Of a DNA stretch of 64,000 nucleotides, positions 51,095 to 61,198 are shown one piece after another. The translations under genes and the position numbers were made by a program. Source of the DNA: Bacilli bacterium (lineage in GTDB: Bacteria; Bacillota_I; Bacilli_A; RF39; UBA660). The DNA is taken from assembly GCA_031549195.1 (NCBI GenBank), contig JAVBQF010000001.1, positions 103,218 through 167,217 of the forward strand, read 5' to 3'. How positions within the stretch are numbered: position 1 is the first letter of the stretch; every line of letters starts with the position of its first letter. The notes beneath the pieces were generated by a model. The model saw only the letters and a program-made list of their open reading frames with translations, was not told the origin of the DNA and ran no database searches.

Positions 51095-52347
51095 TATAAT
51101 TGAAACCTTACTTTCCCTTTTGAATTTGAATATAAACTATATATTGGCTTATTAATTACTAATTCAAACTGACCAATATATTCCGTTGCTACGACCTTGA
51201 AGTTAAATTTTGATTCATTTAATCCCTTATACTCATTTTTTTTCTTATCAAGTTCTCCAGATAGCGCTCCCATGTTTAAGATGTCTAAATTAAGTGTTGA
51301 ATATTTTTCAATAATCTTCCACTTCATAAAAGTAAGTGCTGGAATATTTTTATATAATTTGTTGTAGTCCTCTTCAAATATGTACGCAAATTTTCCATAT
51401 CTAATCACTATGCATGCTGCAATAATAATGCCATCAGGGAAATCTTTTAGCAACTGTGTTGAAGTCACAAGATGACTTTTATAAGTAGAAAGAGTTTTGT
51501 CTGATTCCATTTTTTTATTTAAAACCATGCGCATGTCTTTCCCTTTATATCCATTTGACTGAATTATACTGTTAAGATATTCATTCTTATCAATTTCTTT
51601 CTCATATAACATTTTACTATTATTAACGTATTTCTCTGTGTTTACTTTAGCATAATATATTTCTACATTATCTTTGAAACCTTCACACAATGCTTTATAA
51701 TAATTACTGTTATGACTATATTTGTCTACAAGCATACTATTTAACAATTCATAATCAAGTGTTTCGTCTTTATATATATCAACGCCATATTTAACAGATT
51801 TTCTAAGTTTGTTACGCGCTTGTTTAGTAATTTTTTTAAAGTATGCCTTTGGGACTATTGGCAATGGTAAAATGGCTTCAAATCTAGGAAGTAGTCCTTC
51901 AAAATAATTATTAAATCCCAAGTGATCAAACCCTATATTTTGAAGACATTGAATAATTTCTTGTGATTTTTTGTTTAAGTCTATAACTGCTCCGCTTTCT
52001 AGTTTGTGTGATAATTTTACAATCGGATCCATTGTTAGAAACATAACTCTTTGTTTAAATAAAAACCTTTTTATTTCTGAAAACACATTATCGAGTAAGT
52101 TATTGTTCTCATAATCAACTAAAATTCCTCTAGGGGAATATGCAGCTTTAAAAGTTAAGTATGTTATTCTTGAAAGAATAAGTGTTGCTGCTATAAGAGT
52201 ATTATTGTCTTCTACGCCAAGATAAAACACATCATATCCAAGAGTCTTCATCATATTTCCGTAAGTTGATGTTTGATACAGGTTGGAATATTTGTGACCA
52301 GTAGAAAATTGGTCAAATGCACCAGATGTTAGTTCTACAACTCTCAT
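51094..52347 (-). CDS. FemAB-family aminoacyl-tRNA-dependent peptidoglycan interpeptide-bridge transferase
   Basis: 417 aa. Two GNAT-like halves split by a coiled-coil insert, as in FemA/FemX/MurM. N-terminus ..FDQF......LYQTS.YG... Divergent from murD. Confidence 0.75.
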   Translation of the reverse strand: MRVVELTSGAFDQFSTGHKYSNLYQTSTYGNMMKTLGYDVFYLGVEDNNTLIAATLILSRITYLTFKAAYSPRGILVDYENNNLLDNVFSEIKRFLFKQRVMFLTMDPIVKLSHKLESGAVIDLNKKSQEIIQCLQNIGFDHLGFNNYFEGLLPRFEAILPLPIVPKAYFKKITKQARNKLRKSVKYGVDIYKDETLDYELLNSMLVDKYSHNSNYYKALCEGFKDNVEIYYAKVNTEKYVNNSKMLYEKEIDKNEYLNSIIQSNGYKGKDMRMVLNKKMESDKTLSTYKSHLVTSTQLLKDFPDGIIIAACIVIRYGKFAYIFEEDYNKLYKNIPALTFMKWKIIEKYSTLNLDILNMGALSGELDKKKNEYKGLNESKFNFKVVATEYIGQFELVINKPIYSLYSNSKGKVRFQL

Positions 52348-52387
52348 AATCTCACTCCTTAAGTTAGTTTATTATAACATATATTCG

Positions 52388-52415
52388 TTGAAAATTAAAT
52401 ATTATATAGTATAAT
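52388..52415 (+). promoter_or_regulatory. Putative murD promoter
   Basis: TTGAAA (52388-52393), 16-nt spacer, TATAAT (52410-52415). Confidence 0.45.
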
Positions 52416-52433
52416 TTTAATAGGAGTGATAAT

Positions 52434-53771
52434 ATGTTTGAAAATAATAAAATATTGATTTTAGGCTTTGCAAGAAGTGGTTATGAGGCAGCCAAACTAC
52501 TTATTAATCGTCAAAACCAAGTATTTTTAACTGATAGGTCAGCTGATCAAGATTTAGAAAAGATAGATGAATTAAAGGAATTAGGAGTAAAATTAGTATT
52601 GGGAGAACATCCTATTGATTTGCTTGATAATTCATTTGATTATTTGATAAAAAATCCCGGAGTGCCAATAGATCATGAATATGTAATTAGGGCAAAAGAA
52701 CTAGGGATAGAAGTCATAAATGAAGTAGAGATGGCTTATAGATTACTGCCAAAAGATATTAAGCTAGTAGGTATTACTGGAACGAATGGTAAGACAACAA
52801 CGACAACATTAGTGTATGAAATGCTTAAAAGAGATGGCAGAAGAGCTCATCTTACTGGAAATATTGGATATCCATTATGTAGTTTTCTTGATAAGTTAGA
52901 AGCAAACGATATAATAGTGATGGAAGTTTCTGCTCAACAACTTGAAAATCTAAATAAATTTAATCCAGATATTGCGGTATTAACCAATCTTTCAGAAGCT
53001 CATTTAGAATTCTTTCCAGGATATGATTATTATAAGAGTTTAAAACTTAAAATATTCAAAAATCATACTTCAAATAATATTGCTATATTAAATATGGAAG
53101 ATGAAAAAACAATAGCCTTAACTAAAGATATTAAGTCAACAGTTAAGTATTTTTCAAGCAATAAAGAAATTAATGGAAGTTATATAAAGGATGATTCTAT
53201 TTACTATTATAATGAGAAAATAATTAATGTTGAAGATATCAAACTAGTTGGAAAGCATAACTATGAAAATATAATGGCTGCAATTATGGTAGTTAAAGAA
53301 TTTGATGTAAATAATTCTACAATTGTTGATTTGCTAAAAGAGTTTGGTGGTGTTGAGCATAGAATAGAATTTGTAAGGGAAGTTAATGAAAGAAAGTTTT
53401 TTAACGATTCAAAAGCAACAAATATTGTATCAACACAAATTGCACTTTCTTCATTTAAGACACCAACAATTATTTTATTGGGTGGACTCGAGAGAAATCA
53501 GGATTTTACAGAATTAAAAGAATATATGAAGAATGTGAAAGCGATAGTTTGCTATGGAGAATGCAAAAATAGAATTAAAGTGTTTGGAGATTCTTTAATG
53601 ATTGAGACAATAGTAGTTGATACATTAAAGGAAGCTACAAAAAGGGCTTATGAATTATCTAATACAGGAGACACGGTTCTTTTAAGTCCAGCAGCAGCTT
53701 CATGGGATCAATACAAATGTTTTGAAGATAGAGGAAATGAGTTTAAAGATACTGTTAAAAGCCTGGATTAA
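52434..53771 (+). CDS. murD: UDP-N-acetylmuramoylalanine--D-glutamate ligase
   Basis: GFARSG Rossmann start, GITGTNGKTTT P-loop, Mur ligase middle and C-terminal domains. Confidence 0.95.
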   Translation: MFENNKILILGFARSGYEAAKLLINRQNQVFLTDRSADQDLEKIDELKELGVKLVLGEHPIDLLDNSFDYLIKNPGVPIDHEYVIRAKELGIEVINEVEMAYRLLPKDIKLVGITGTNGKTTTTTLVYEMLKRDGRRAHLTGNIGYPLCSFLDKLEANDIIVMEVSAQQLENLNKFNPDIAVLTNLSEAHLEFFPGYDYYKSLKLKIFKNHTSNNIAILNMEDEKTIALTKDIKSTVKYFSSNKEINGSYIKDDSIYYYNEKIINVEDIKLVGKHNYENIMAAIMVVKEFDVNNSTIVDLLKEFGGVEHRIEFVREVNERKFFNDSKATNIVSTQIALSSFKTPTIILLGGLERNQDFTELKEYMKNVKAIVCYGECKNRIKVFGDSLMIETIVVDTLKEATKRAYELSNTGDTVLLSPAAASWDQYKCFEDRGNEFKDTVKSLD

Positions 53772-53804
53772 ATAACATAAATATATATATAGTGAAATCA
53801 TAAG

Positions 53805-53830
53805 AAAATAGTTTAAAACTATTTTTTTTG
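53805..53830 (+). terminator. Rho-independent terminator after murD
   Basis: AAATAGTT-TAA-AACTATTT followed by TTTTT. Confidence 0.7.
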
Positions 53831-53855
53831 TACATAATTATAAAAGGTGATAATT

Positions 53856-55073
53856 ATGAAAATTGTTGATATTAGAGGAAGGGAAATATTGGATTCAAGA
53901 GGTACTCCAACAGTAGAAGTAGATGTAATTTTAAAGGATGGTACAGTTGGAAGGTTTGCAGTACCTTCTGGTGCTTCAACAGGTGAAAGAGAAGCGCTAG
54001 AACTTAGAGATAAAGAAAGTAGGTATCTTGGTAAAGGTGTTAGAAATGCTGTTAATAATGTAAATGGAATTATAAAGGATACTATTGTTGGTATGGATGT
54101 TGGAGATCAAAGAGAAATAGATAATAAATTGATAAGACTAGACGGTACAAAGAATAAATCTAAATTGGGTGCAAATGCTATACTAGGAGTCTCAGGTGCA
54201 GTTTTAAAGGCAGCAGCATTTACAAATGGTAAAAAACTGTATGAATATATTGGTAATGGTAAAACATTACCAAATTTAATGGTGAATATAATAAATGGTG
54301 GTAGACATGCAAATAACAAAATAGAATTTCAAGAATTTATGATTGTACCACTTGCAAATTCAGTTTCTACTAGAATTATGATGGCGAGTGAAATATTTCA
54401 CACCCTAAAAAAAATATTGGATGAAAAAGGATTATCAACAACAGTTGGCGATGAGGGTGGATTTGCTCCTAATTTCAAAAATAATACAGAAGTATTGGAT
54501 ATCATAATGCAAGCAATAGAAAAGGCTAATTATAAGGCAGGAGAAAATGTTTTTTTAGCATTAGATGTAGCAGCTAGTGAATTCTATGAAGATGGAGTAT
54601 ACAAGTTTGATAAAAAGATATATGACGGGAAACAGATGATTAGATATTATAAGAAGTTAATTGATAAATATCCAATCATTTCAATTGAAGACCCACTTGA
54701 TCAAAATGATTGGGAGTCTTTTAAAGCGTTGACTAAAGAAATGGGTGATAGAGTAAGAATTGTGGGAGATGATTTATTTGTTAGTAATGTTGAGTCATTA
54801 GCTAATGGAATAAAAAACAAATGCTGTAATTCAATACTTTTAAAACTTAATCAAATTGGAACAATAAGTGAGGCCTTGGATACAATTAATATGGCCAGAG
54901 ATAATGATTATGAGGTCATCATATCCCATAGGAGTGGCGAAACAGAAGATACAACAATTGCAGATTTGGCAGTTGGTCTTTCTATTGATAAAATTAAAAC
55001 TGGATCGATGTCTAGGAGCGAAAGAATTTGTAAGTATAATCAATTGCTTAGAATAGAAGAAGATTTTGAATAA
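53856..55073 (+). CDS. eno: Enolase (phosphopyruvate hydratase), slightly short (405 aa)
   Basis: SD AAGGTG, ATG 53856. All catalytic and metal residues are present (SGASTGE, DEGGFAP, LDVAASE, IEDP, GDDL, KLNQIGT, SHRSGETED, KTG). Confidence 0.95.
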   Translation: MKIVDIRGREILDSRGTPTVEVDVILKDGTVGRFAVPSGASTGEREALELRDKESRYLGKGVRNAVNNVNGIIKDTIVGMDVGDQREIDNKLIRLDGTKNKSKLGANAILGVSGAVLKAAAFTNGKKLYEYIGNGKTLPNLMVNIINGGRHANNKIEFQEFMIVPLANSVSTRIMMASEIFHTLKKILDEKGLSTTVGDEGGFAPNFKNNTEVLDIIMQAIEKANYKAGENVFLALDVAASEFYEDGVYKFDKKIYDGKQMIRYYKKLIDKYPIISIEDPLDQNDWESFKALTKEMGDRVRIVGDDLFVSNVESLANGIKNKCCNSILLKLNQIGTISEALDTINMARDNDYEVIISHRSGETEDTTIADLAVGLSIDKIKTGSMSRSERICKYNQLLRIEEDFE

Positions 55074-55130
55074 TGCTTGAGTTATACCTTAAAATATGTT
55101 AAACTATGTACTAGTAAATGAGGTGAAACT

Positions 55131-55346
55131 ATGAAAATAGTATTATTAATAATATCTTTACTTTTGATATCAATAGTATTATTACAGAGTAACAAAGCAG
55201 AGGGAGCTTCTCAAATCATAACAGGTGGTAATTCTGATTTATTTAGCCAAAGAAAAGAACGTGGTGTAGAATTATTTATTAGCAGATTAACAATGTGTTT
55301 AGGAATAGCATTCTTCTTAATTTGTGTAGTAATGAACTTTGTGTAA
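55131..55346 (+). CDS. secG: Preprotein translocase subunit SecG
   Basis: 71 aa, two TM segments, LLQSNKAEG...GG loop typical of SecG. Conserved secG...rnr-smpB-ssrA neighbourhood. Confidence 0.85.
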   Translation: MKIVLLIISLLLISIVLLQSNKAEGASQIITGGNSDLFSQRKERGVELFISRLTMCLGIAFFLICVVMNFV

Positions 55347-55350
55347 TAGG

Positions 55351-55376
55351 AACTATTTGTATAAATAGTTTTTTTA
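55351..55376 (+). terminator. Rho-independent terminator after secG
   Basis: AACTATTT-GTAT-AAATAGTT followed by TTTTT. Confidence 0.75.
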
Positions 55377-55418
55377 TGGAATAAAATGGTATTTTATCAA
55401 TAATTTTAAGATTTGTTG

Positions 55419-55447
55419 TTGCTTTTTGTTCTTTTGCTTGTTAAAAT
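55419..55447 (+). promoter_or_regulatory. Sigma-A-type promoter with extended -10 upstream of the leader ORF and ABC exporter
   Basis: TTGCTT (55419-55424), 17-nt spacer ending in TG, TAAAAT (55442-55447). Confidence 0.55.
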
Positions 55448-55478
55448 GGGAAGTGAACTTGAGGAAAGGAGTGGAAAT

Positions 55479-55553
55479 ATGAAGAAATTTAAGAAGTTAT
55501 TAGTAATCAATAGTAGTGTAGAATGGAAATACGTAATGTTTCCACATCTTTAA
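55479..55553 (+). CDS. 24-codon leader ORF (MKKFKKLLVINSSVEWKYVMFPHL), either a regulatory leader peptide or a small exported peptide
   Basis: Strong SD AAGGAG (55466-55471) 7 nt before the ATG. Not in the ORF track because it is under 60 aa. Followed by a terminator and then the ABC gene. Confidence 0.45.
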   Translation: MKKFKKLLVINSSVEWKYVMFPHL

Positions 55554-55577
55554 TCGTAATAAAAAATAAAACGATCT

Positions 55578-55599
55578 ACTACTATTAAGTAGTTTTTTT
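55578..55599 (+). terminator. Weak attenuator-type terminator between the leader ORF and the ABC exporter
   Basis: ACTACT-ATTA-AGTAGT (55578-55593) + TTTTTT (55594-55599). The 5' arm is also complementary to 55509-55517 inside the leader ORF. Confidence 0.5.
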
Positions 55600-55620
55600 A
55601 TTTAAAAAAGGAGGTAAAAA

Positions 55621-57366
55621 ATGAAAAAGGAAAAAGAGCATAGTGGCATTAGAATATTGTATGATTATCTCAAAAATGATAAAGGGAAAGTAGCGTTATA
55701 TTTATTCTTAGTTATTATTACTTATGTCCCTGCACTTTTAGGAACGTTTCTGTGGGGATATGCTATTGAAGCATTAATCTCAATGGATTTAAATAAATTT
55801 ATTATATATTTAATATTAAATCAGGGATTATGGATTTTATTTTATTCTATATTATCAGTGCCTAGAGATTCTTTATATAATTACTTGGAGTTAAGCTTTT
55901 CTAAAAGAGTGTTAAAGGATTTATATCATAAGGTTACAGATATGCCTGTTATAGCCTTCGAAGATATTGGAGTAGGAGAGTTTATAAACAGAATGACAAC
56001 AGATCCAGATCGTGTCATGGAACTTCTTAGTAAATTGATTAAAATGCTATGTAGATCTGTAGTAATCATTTTGATACTTATTATCGCGTTTACTTCTTCT
56101 ATTATTCTTGGCGTTGAAATACTGATATTTGCAGTTGTAATGGGAACAATATCATGGAGATTCTTTCCTAAAATTAAAAATACACAAAAAGATATTAAGA
56201 AAGAATCTGATTTACAGGTAAAAACAGCAACAGAGAATCTAACAGGAATAAGAGAAATAAAGGCACTTGGTATTAAAAAGAATATAGAAGATAGATTAAA
56301 TCATAATATTGATAATTTATTTGAAAGTCAAAGAAAAATAAGAAAATATGAAGTAGCGTATTTTAACTTAAATAATTTTGTATATTTTCTACTGCAAACT
56401 ATCATTCTTGCAACGAGTGGATATTTAATGATTAATGGGCAATTAAGTTATGTATTATTTATAGTTATTGAATCATATATTTGGAGAATTGATGATATTG
56501 TTCAAAGTATAAGTGATTTTGGAGTTAATTATAATAAAGTAATTGTATCTTTAAAAAGAATTGATGAAATTATTAATAATAGATTATATAAAGATGAGAA
56601 ATTTGGTAAAAAGATATTAAAGAATACTATTGGAGAAATAGTATTTGATAATGTAATGTTTAGATATAATGAGAAAGAAGAGAATATTTTAAAGGGTCTA
56701 AATCTAAAAATAGAACCAAAGAAAAAGATTGCTATTATTGGTAAAAGCGGAAACGGAAAGAGTACGATATTCAATCTATTGCTTAGATACTTTGATCCAA
56801 ATGAAGGAAGTATTAAAATTGATGGCATAGAGATTAAAGATTTAACAGAAGAATCTTTAAGAAATAATATTTCTATTATTAGACAGACACCATTTCTATT
56901 TAATTTATCTATATTGGATAACTTTAGAGTTGTAAAAAAGAATGCAACTTTAAAAGAAGTAAGAGAAGTTTGTAAGAAAGCATATATCGATGAGTATATT
57001 ATGAGTTTGCCAAGGAAGTATGAAACAATTATTGGTGAAGGTGGAGTAAATTTATCTGGTGGTCAAAAACAAAGATTAGCAATTGCAAGGACTTTATTAA
57101 TCAATACAAAAGTAATACTATTTGATGAAGCAACAAGTGCTTTAGACAATGAGAGTCAGGAATATATTAAACAAACTATAGATAATCTTATTTTAGATCA
57201 TACAGTAGTTATAGTTGCACATCGTCTATCGACAATTATTGATGCCGATGTTATACATGTAATAGATAATGGTGAATTAGTCGCGTCAGGTGAGCATAAA
57301 GACTTGTTAAGAAATTGCCAAATATATCGAAGTTTATATACTATTGAATCTTCAAGTTCAGAATAA
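55621..57366 (+). CDS. ABC exporter, fused TMD-NBD half-transporter (type I exporter fold)
   Basis: SD AAGGAGG. 6 TM segments, then Walker A GKSGNGKST, signature LSGGQKQRLAIAR, Walker B ILFDEATSALD. No N-terminal C39 peptidase domain. Confidence 0.9.
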   Translation: MKKEKEHSGIRILYDYLKNDKGKVALYLFLVIITYVPALLGTFLWGYAIEALISMDLNKFIIYLILNQGLWILFYSILSVPRDSLYNYLELSFSKRVLKDLYHKVTDMPVIAFEDIGVGEFINRMTTDPDRVMELLSKLIKMLCRSVVIILILIIAFTSSIILGVEILIFAVVMGTISWRFFPKIKNTQKDIKKESDLQVKTATENLTGIREIKALGIKKNIEDRLNHNIDNLFESQRKIRKYEVAYFNLNNFVYFLLQTIILATSGYLMINGQLSYVLFIVIESYIWRIDDIVQSISDFGVNYNKVIVSLKRIDEIINNRLYKDEKFGKKILKNTIGEIVFDNVMFRYNEKEENILKGLNLKIEPKKKIAIIGKSGNGKSTIFNLLLRYFDPNEGSIKIDGIEIKDLTEESLRNNISIIRQTPFLFNLSILDNFRVVKKNATLKEVREVCKKAYIDEYIMSLPRKYETIIGEGGVNLSGGQKQRLAIARTLLINTKVILFDEATSALDNESQEYIKQTIDNLILDHTVVIVAHRLSTIIDADVIHVIDNGELVASGEHKDLLRNCQIYRSLYTIESSSSE

Positions 57367-57409
57367 CTGTATATAAGATAAATCAATGTATTTATCAACT
57401 GTAAAGTGG

Positions 57410-57440
57410 AAGACTAATTATATCAGATTAGTCTTTTTTC
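57410..57440 (+). terminator. Rho-independent terminator after the ABC exporter
   Basis: 9-bp stem AAGACTAAT / ATTAGTCTT (57410-57418 / 57427-57435) followed by a T-run. Confidence 0.8.
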
Positions 57441-57466
57441 GTGCTATAATAAGGATAGGTGATTGT

Positions 57467-59572
57467 ATGAAAGAAAGAGTCTTAACAATACTAAACGAAA
57501 ATAATCGTGCCCTACTATTTGAAGAAATAGATTCACTACTTGATATTAAGACAGTTGAAGAAACAACTGAATTATCCAAGCTATTGATGCAAATGGAAAA
57601 AGATGGAGAAATATATCGATCTAATAAAAATAAATATATGCTATTTGTAAATAGCAATCTGAGGAAAGGAACTTTAACTGTTAACAAGAAAGGTTTTGGT
57701 TTTGTTATTGTTGAAGGCGAAGAAGAAGATATTTACATAGATTACGATGATATGGGTGGTGCAATTGATGATGATATTGTTATTGCTGAAGTATTATCGG
57801 TAAAAGAAGATGGTAGAAGAGATGGTAGAATTGTTAAAATACTTAAAAGAACATTATCCACAGTAGTTGGGGAAATTTATTTTAAAAAAGATACTGGATA
57901 TATAATACCTAGTGATAAGAAGATAAAGCTTAACATAGAAATTCCAAGGCATAAAAATATGGGAGCTGTAGATGGCCATATTGTTGTTGTTAAAATAGAG
58001 ACTTTTGCAGGTAATGATAAAAAGTGCTATGGACAAGTTGTAGATATTCTTGGGCATAAGAATGAACCAGGAGTTGACATTTTGTCAATAGTTAATAATT
58101 ATACAATTAAGTATAAGTTTGATAAGGAAACAATTGCTGAACTTGATAACATACCTGATGAAGTAAGAGAAGAAGACAGAATTGGAAGAAAAGATTTAAC
58201 TAATGACGTAATTTTTACCATAGATGGTGATGACACTAGAGATATTGATGATGCGATATCAATTGAAAAATTAGAAAATGGTAATTATAAACTAGGTGTA
58301 CATATTGCTGATGTTTCCTATTATGTTAGAGAGGGAACCGCAATAGATAATGAAGCTATGGAAAGAGGAACATCAATTTATTTAGTTGATAGAGTTATTC
58401 CTATGCTTCCTCAAAAATTATCTAATGGAATATGCTCACTTAATCCAGATGTAGAACGCCTTGCTGTTTCTTGTGTAATGGAAATTGATAATAGAGGTAA
58501 AACTGTTAATTATGAAATATTCCCTAGTATTATAAAATCTAGAATTCAAATGACTTATAAGAAGGTAAATAAGATATTAGAAGAAAATATAGTTGATGAA
58601 GAATATACTTCCTATGTAGATAAACTAAAATTGATGAAGGAACTGGCAGATATTATTCGAAAATATAAAGTTGAAAGAGGATACATTGACTTTGGCACAA
58701 ATGAAGCTAAAATATTAGTAGATGAAAACTGTGTTCCAACAGATGTCATATTACGTGATAGAGGCACTGGTGAAAATATAATAGAAGATTTTATGATCCA
58801 AGCGAATGAATGTGTAGCAACTCATATTTTCTATATGGATTTACCATTTATATATCGTGTACATGAATATCCAGATGAAGAAAAGTTAAGAACGTTCTTA
58901 AGATTTTTACAAACACTTGGAATAACTGTAACTGGTAATATTAAAGATAATAGTCCTAAAACCGTTCAAAGATTACTTGAGTCGTTAAGGGACAGAAAAG
59001 AATATCCAATCATTTCAACATTATTACTTAGAAATATGAAAAAAGCAGTTTATTTACCAAATAATTTAGGACACTATGGTCTTGCTAGTAAATGTTATAC
59101 TCACTTTACTTCACCAATAAGAAGATATCCAGATACAACTGTGCATAGACTATTACGTACATACTTATTTAATAATGACTTGTCAGATGGCATAATTGGC
59201 CATTGGCAAGAGAAATTAGTGTATGTATCAGAGCATTCTTCTATTACTGAGCGAAATTCTATAGAATGTGAGAGAGAAGTAGAAGATATGAAGATGGCAG
59301 AATATATGGAGAAACATATTGGTGAAACCTTTAATGGTATGATTTCAGGTTTAACTAATTTTGGTATGTTTGTACAGCTTCCAAACTTGATTGAAGGATT
59401 AGTACACATAACTGAATTAGGAGAGTTCATGAACTTCGATGAGATATCTCAAACATTTACAGGGGAAAAGACAAATATGAAATATAGATTGGGTGATGAA
59501 GTCCAGATAAGAGTCAAATTTGCTTCAAAAGAAGAAAAGAAAATTGACTTTATAATTGTAAAAAAACTGTAG
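57467..59572 (+). CDS. rnr: Ribonuclease R
   Basis: SD AGGTGA, ATG 57467 (the track ORF from 57386 runs through the terminator). Cold-shock-like domains, RNB motif DGDDTRDIDDA, C-terminal S1 domain. Confidence 0.94.
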   Translation: MKERVLTILNENNRALLFEEIDSLLDIKTVEETTELSKLLMQMEKDGEIYRSNKNKYMLFVNSNLRKGTLTVNKKGFGFVIVEGEEEDIYIDYDDMGGAIDDDIVIAEVLSVKEDGRRDGRIVKILKRTLSTVVGEIYFKKDTGYIIPSDKKIKLNIEIPRHKNMGAVDGHIVVVKIETFAGNDKKCYGQVVDILGHKNEPGVDILSIVNNYTIKYKFDKETIAELDNIPDEVREEDRIGRKDLTNDVIFTIDGDDTRDIDDAISIEKLENGNYKLGVHIADVSYYVREGTAIDNEAMERGTSIYLVDRVIPMLPQKLSNGICSLNPDVERLAVSCVMEIDNRGKTVNYEIFPSIIKSRIQMTYKKVNKILEENIVDEEYTSYVDKLKLMKELADIIRKYKVERGYIDFGTNEAKILVDENCVPTDVILRDRGTGENIIEDFMIQANECVATHIFYMDLPFIYRVHEYPDEEKLRTFLRFLQTLGITVTGNIKDNSPKTVQRLLESLRDRKEYPIISTLLLRNMKKAVYLPNNLGHYGLASKCYTHFTSPIRRYPDTTVHRLLRTYLFNNDLSDGIIGHWQEKLVYVSEHSSITERNSIECEREVEDMKMAEYMEKHIGETFNGMISGLTNFGMFVQLPNLIEGLVHITELGEFMNFDEISQTFTGEKTNMKYRLGDEVQIRVKFASKEEKKIDFIIVKKL

Positions 59573-59582
59573 GTGACTCTAT

Positions 59583-60752
59583 ATGAGAAAAAGAAGGAAT
59601 GCAAAGAATTTAGATAAGTTAAAACTAATACGACTTATTTTGTTCATAATGTGTCTTTCTTTTATTTTGTATTTGGGAAATAAAGTTAACTATATTGTAA
59701 AAAATCAAGAATATCATCACAAAGAAGATAAAGTGTTTAAATCAACTGAAAGAAAAATATCTCTAATAATGGTAGGTGATGCCTTAATTCATAGTGCTGT
59801 ATATGCTGATGCGCATAGTAATGGAAAATATGATTTCAGAAATATGTTATCAGAGATAAAACCAATTGTTAGTAAATATGATTTAGCATTTTATAATCAA
59901 GAAACAATATTAGGCGGTACTGAACTTGGACTATCAACTTATCCATCTTTTAATTCACCATATGAAGTGGGTGATGCATTTTTAGATGCCGGGTTTAATA
60001 TTGTAAGTCTTGCTAATAACCATACTCTTGATCGAGGTGAAAAAGCAATTATAAATTCAAGAAATTACTGGAACTCTAAGGGAGTATTGGTGAATGGATC
60101 TGCAACAAGCGAGAAAGAAAGAAATGATATAAAAATTTATGAAAGAAATGGCATTACATATTCAATGATTGCTTATACAACAACTACAAATGGTATAAAT
60201 AGAAAAAAAGACTATTTTGTTAATATTTATAACAAAGAACAAGTAGAGAAGGATATAAAAAAAATAAGATCAAAAGTGGACCTATTGATGATTTCTATGC
60301 ACTGGGGAGAAGAATATTATCAGGGGATTACAAATGAACAAAGAGAAATCGCAAATTATTTATCCACATTAGGTGTGGATATAATAATTGGACATCATCC
60401 ACATGTTATTGAACCAATAGAATATATGGGAAACACTCTAGTGATTTATTCATTAGGTAACTTTATTTCAGCACAAGTAGGCACTGAAAGATTGACTGGA
60501 TTAATGGTATCATTAGAAATAAACAAAGAAATAGTTGAGGATAATAGAGTAGTTAAAATATCTAATCCTACAGCAGAACTTATATATACTTATTCGTTAA
60601 GAGGGAAGACAAGAACAAAGTTTAAAATTTATCCATATAGTAAATTGAATAATAATTTGCTTCCCAACTATGAAAAGTATTATAATGAGTATATGAATAT
60701 TGTTACTAGCAAAAGCGATAAAGTTAGAACAACTGGATTAAGCAAGGAGTGA
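59583..60752 (+). CDS. CapA/PGA_cap-family membrane-anchored metallophosphatase-fold protein
   Basis: N-terminal TM. GDALIH, ANNHTLD, HWGEEY and GHHPHV motifs. Confidence 0.75.
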   Translation: MRKRRNAKNLDKLKLIRLILFIMCLSFILYLGNKVNYIVKNQEYHHKEDKVFKSTERKISLIMVGDALIHSAVYADAHSNGKYDFRNMLSEIKPIVSKYDLAFYNQETILGGTELGLSTYPSFNSPYEVGDAFLDAGFNIVSLANNHTLDRGEKAIINSRNYWNSKGVLVNGSATSEKERNDIKIYERNGITYSMIAYTTTTNGINRKKDYFVNIYNKEQVEKDIKKIRSKVDLLMISMHWGEEYYQGITNEQREIANYLSTLGVDIIIGHHPHVIEPIEYMGNTLVIYSLGNFISAQVGTERLTGLMVSLEINKEIVEDNRVVKISNPTAELIYTYSLRGKTRTKFKIYPYSKLNNNLLPNYEKYYNEYMNIVTSKSDKVRTTGLSKE

Positions 60753-60756
60753 AAAG

Positions 60757-61194
60757 ATGGAAATTTTTAATAGAAAAGCAAGACATGATTATAATATTAT
60801 TGAAGAATATGAATGTGGAATTGTCTTAACTGGTACTGAAATAAAATCAATTAGAGCAGGAAGTTGTACAATTAATGATAGTTATGGAACGATAAAAAAA
60901 GGTGAACTATTTCTTTTAAATATGTTTATTAATCAATATAAAGAAGGAAATATATTTAATCATAGAGAAACAAGAACAAGAAAACTATTGATGCATAAAA
61001 ATGAAATATTAAAGATAGCAGAGAAAATAAAACTAGAAGGGTATACCCTAATACCTTTAAAGCTATATTTTAAGAAGAACAAAGCAAAGATACTACTTGG
61101 TTTATGTAAAGGTAAAAAAGATTATGATAAGAGGGAGTCAATAAAGGAAAGGGATATTAAGAGGCAGTTAGAGAAGCTTAATAAGGTAAGATAA
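60757..61194 (+). CDS. smpB: SsrA-binding protein
   Basis: NRKARHDYNI...GTEIKSIR start typical of SmpB. Basic C-terminal tail. Confidence 0.96.
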   Translation: MEIFNRKARHDYNIIEEYECGIVLTGTEIKSIRAGSCTINDSYGTIKKGELFLLNMFINQYKEGNIFNHRETRTRKLLMHKNEILKIAEKIKLEGYTLIPLKLYFKKNKAKILLGLCKGKKDYDKRESIKERDIKRQLEKLNKVR

Positions 61195-61198
61195 TAAT

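Noticed and set aside
53856-55073. Enolase is about 25 residues shorter than usual and detached from the other glycolytic genes, raising the question of a pseudogene or moonlighting paralog
   Set aside because: All catalytic and metal-binding motifs are intact and the frame is uninterrupted. The shortening is confined to a surface loop and the extreme C-terminus.
57386-57466. Long N-terminal extensions in the ORF track (for example rnr from 57386, also 232, 3381, 5683, 10350, 14703, 25646, 27434, 31450, 32444, 34565, 46713, 53847)
   Set aside because: The upstream starts lack an SD and/or run through terminators or preceding genes. Internal ATG or GTG codons with good SD spacing give N-termini that match the protein families.
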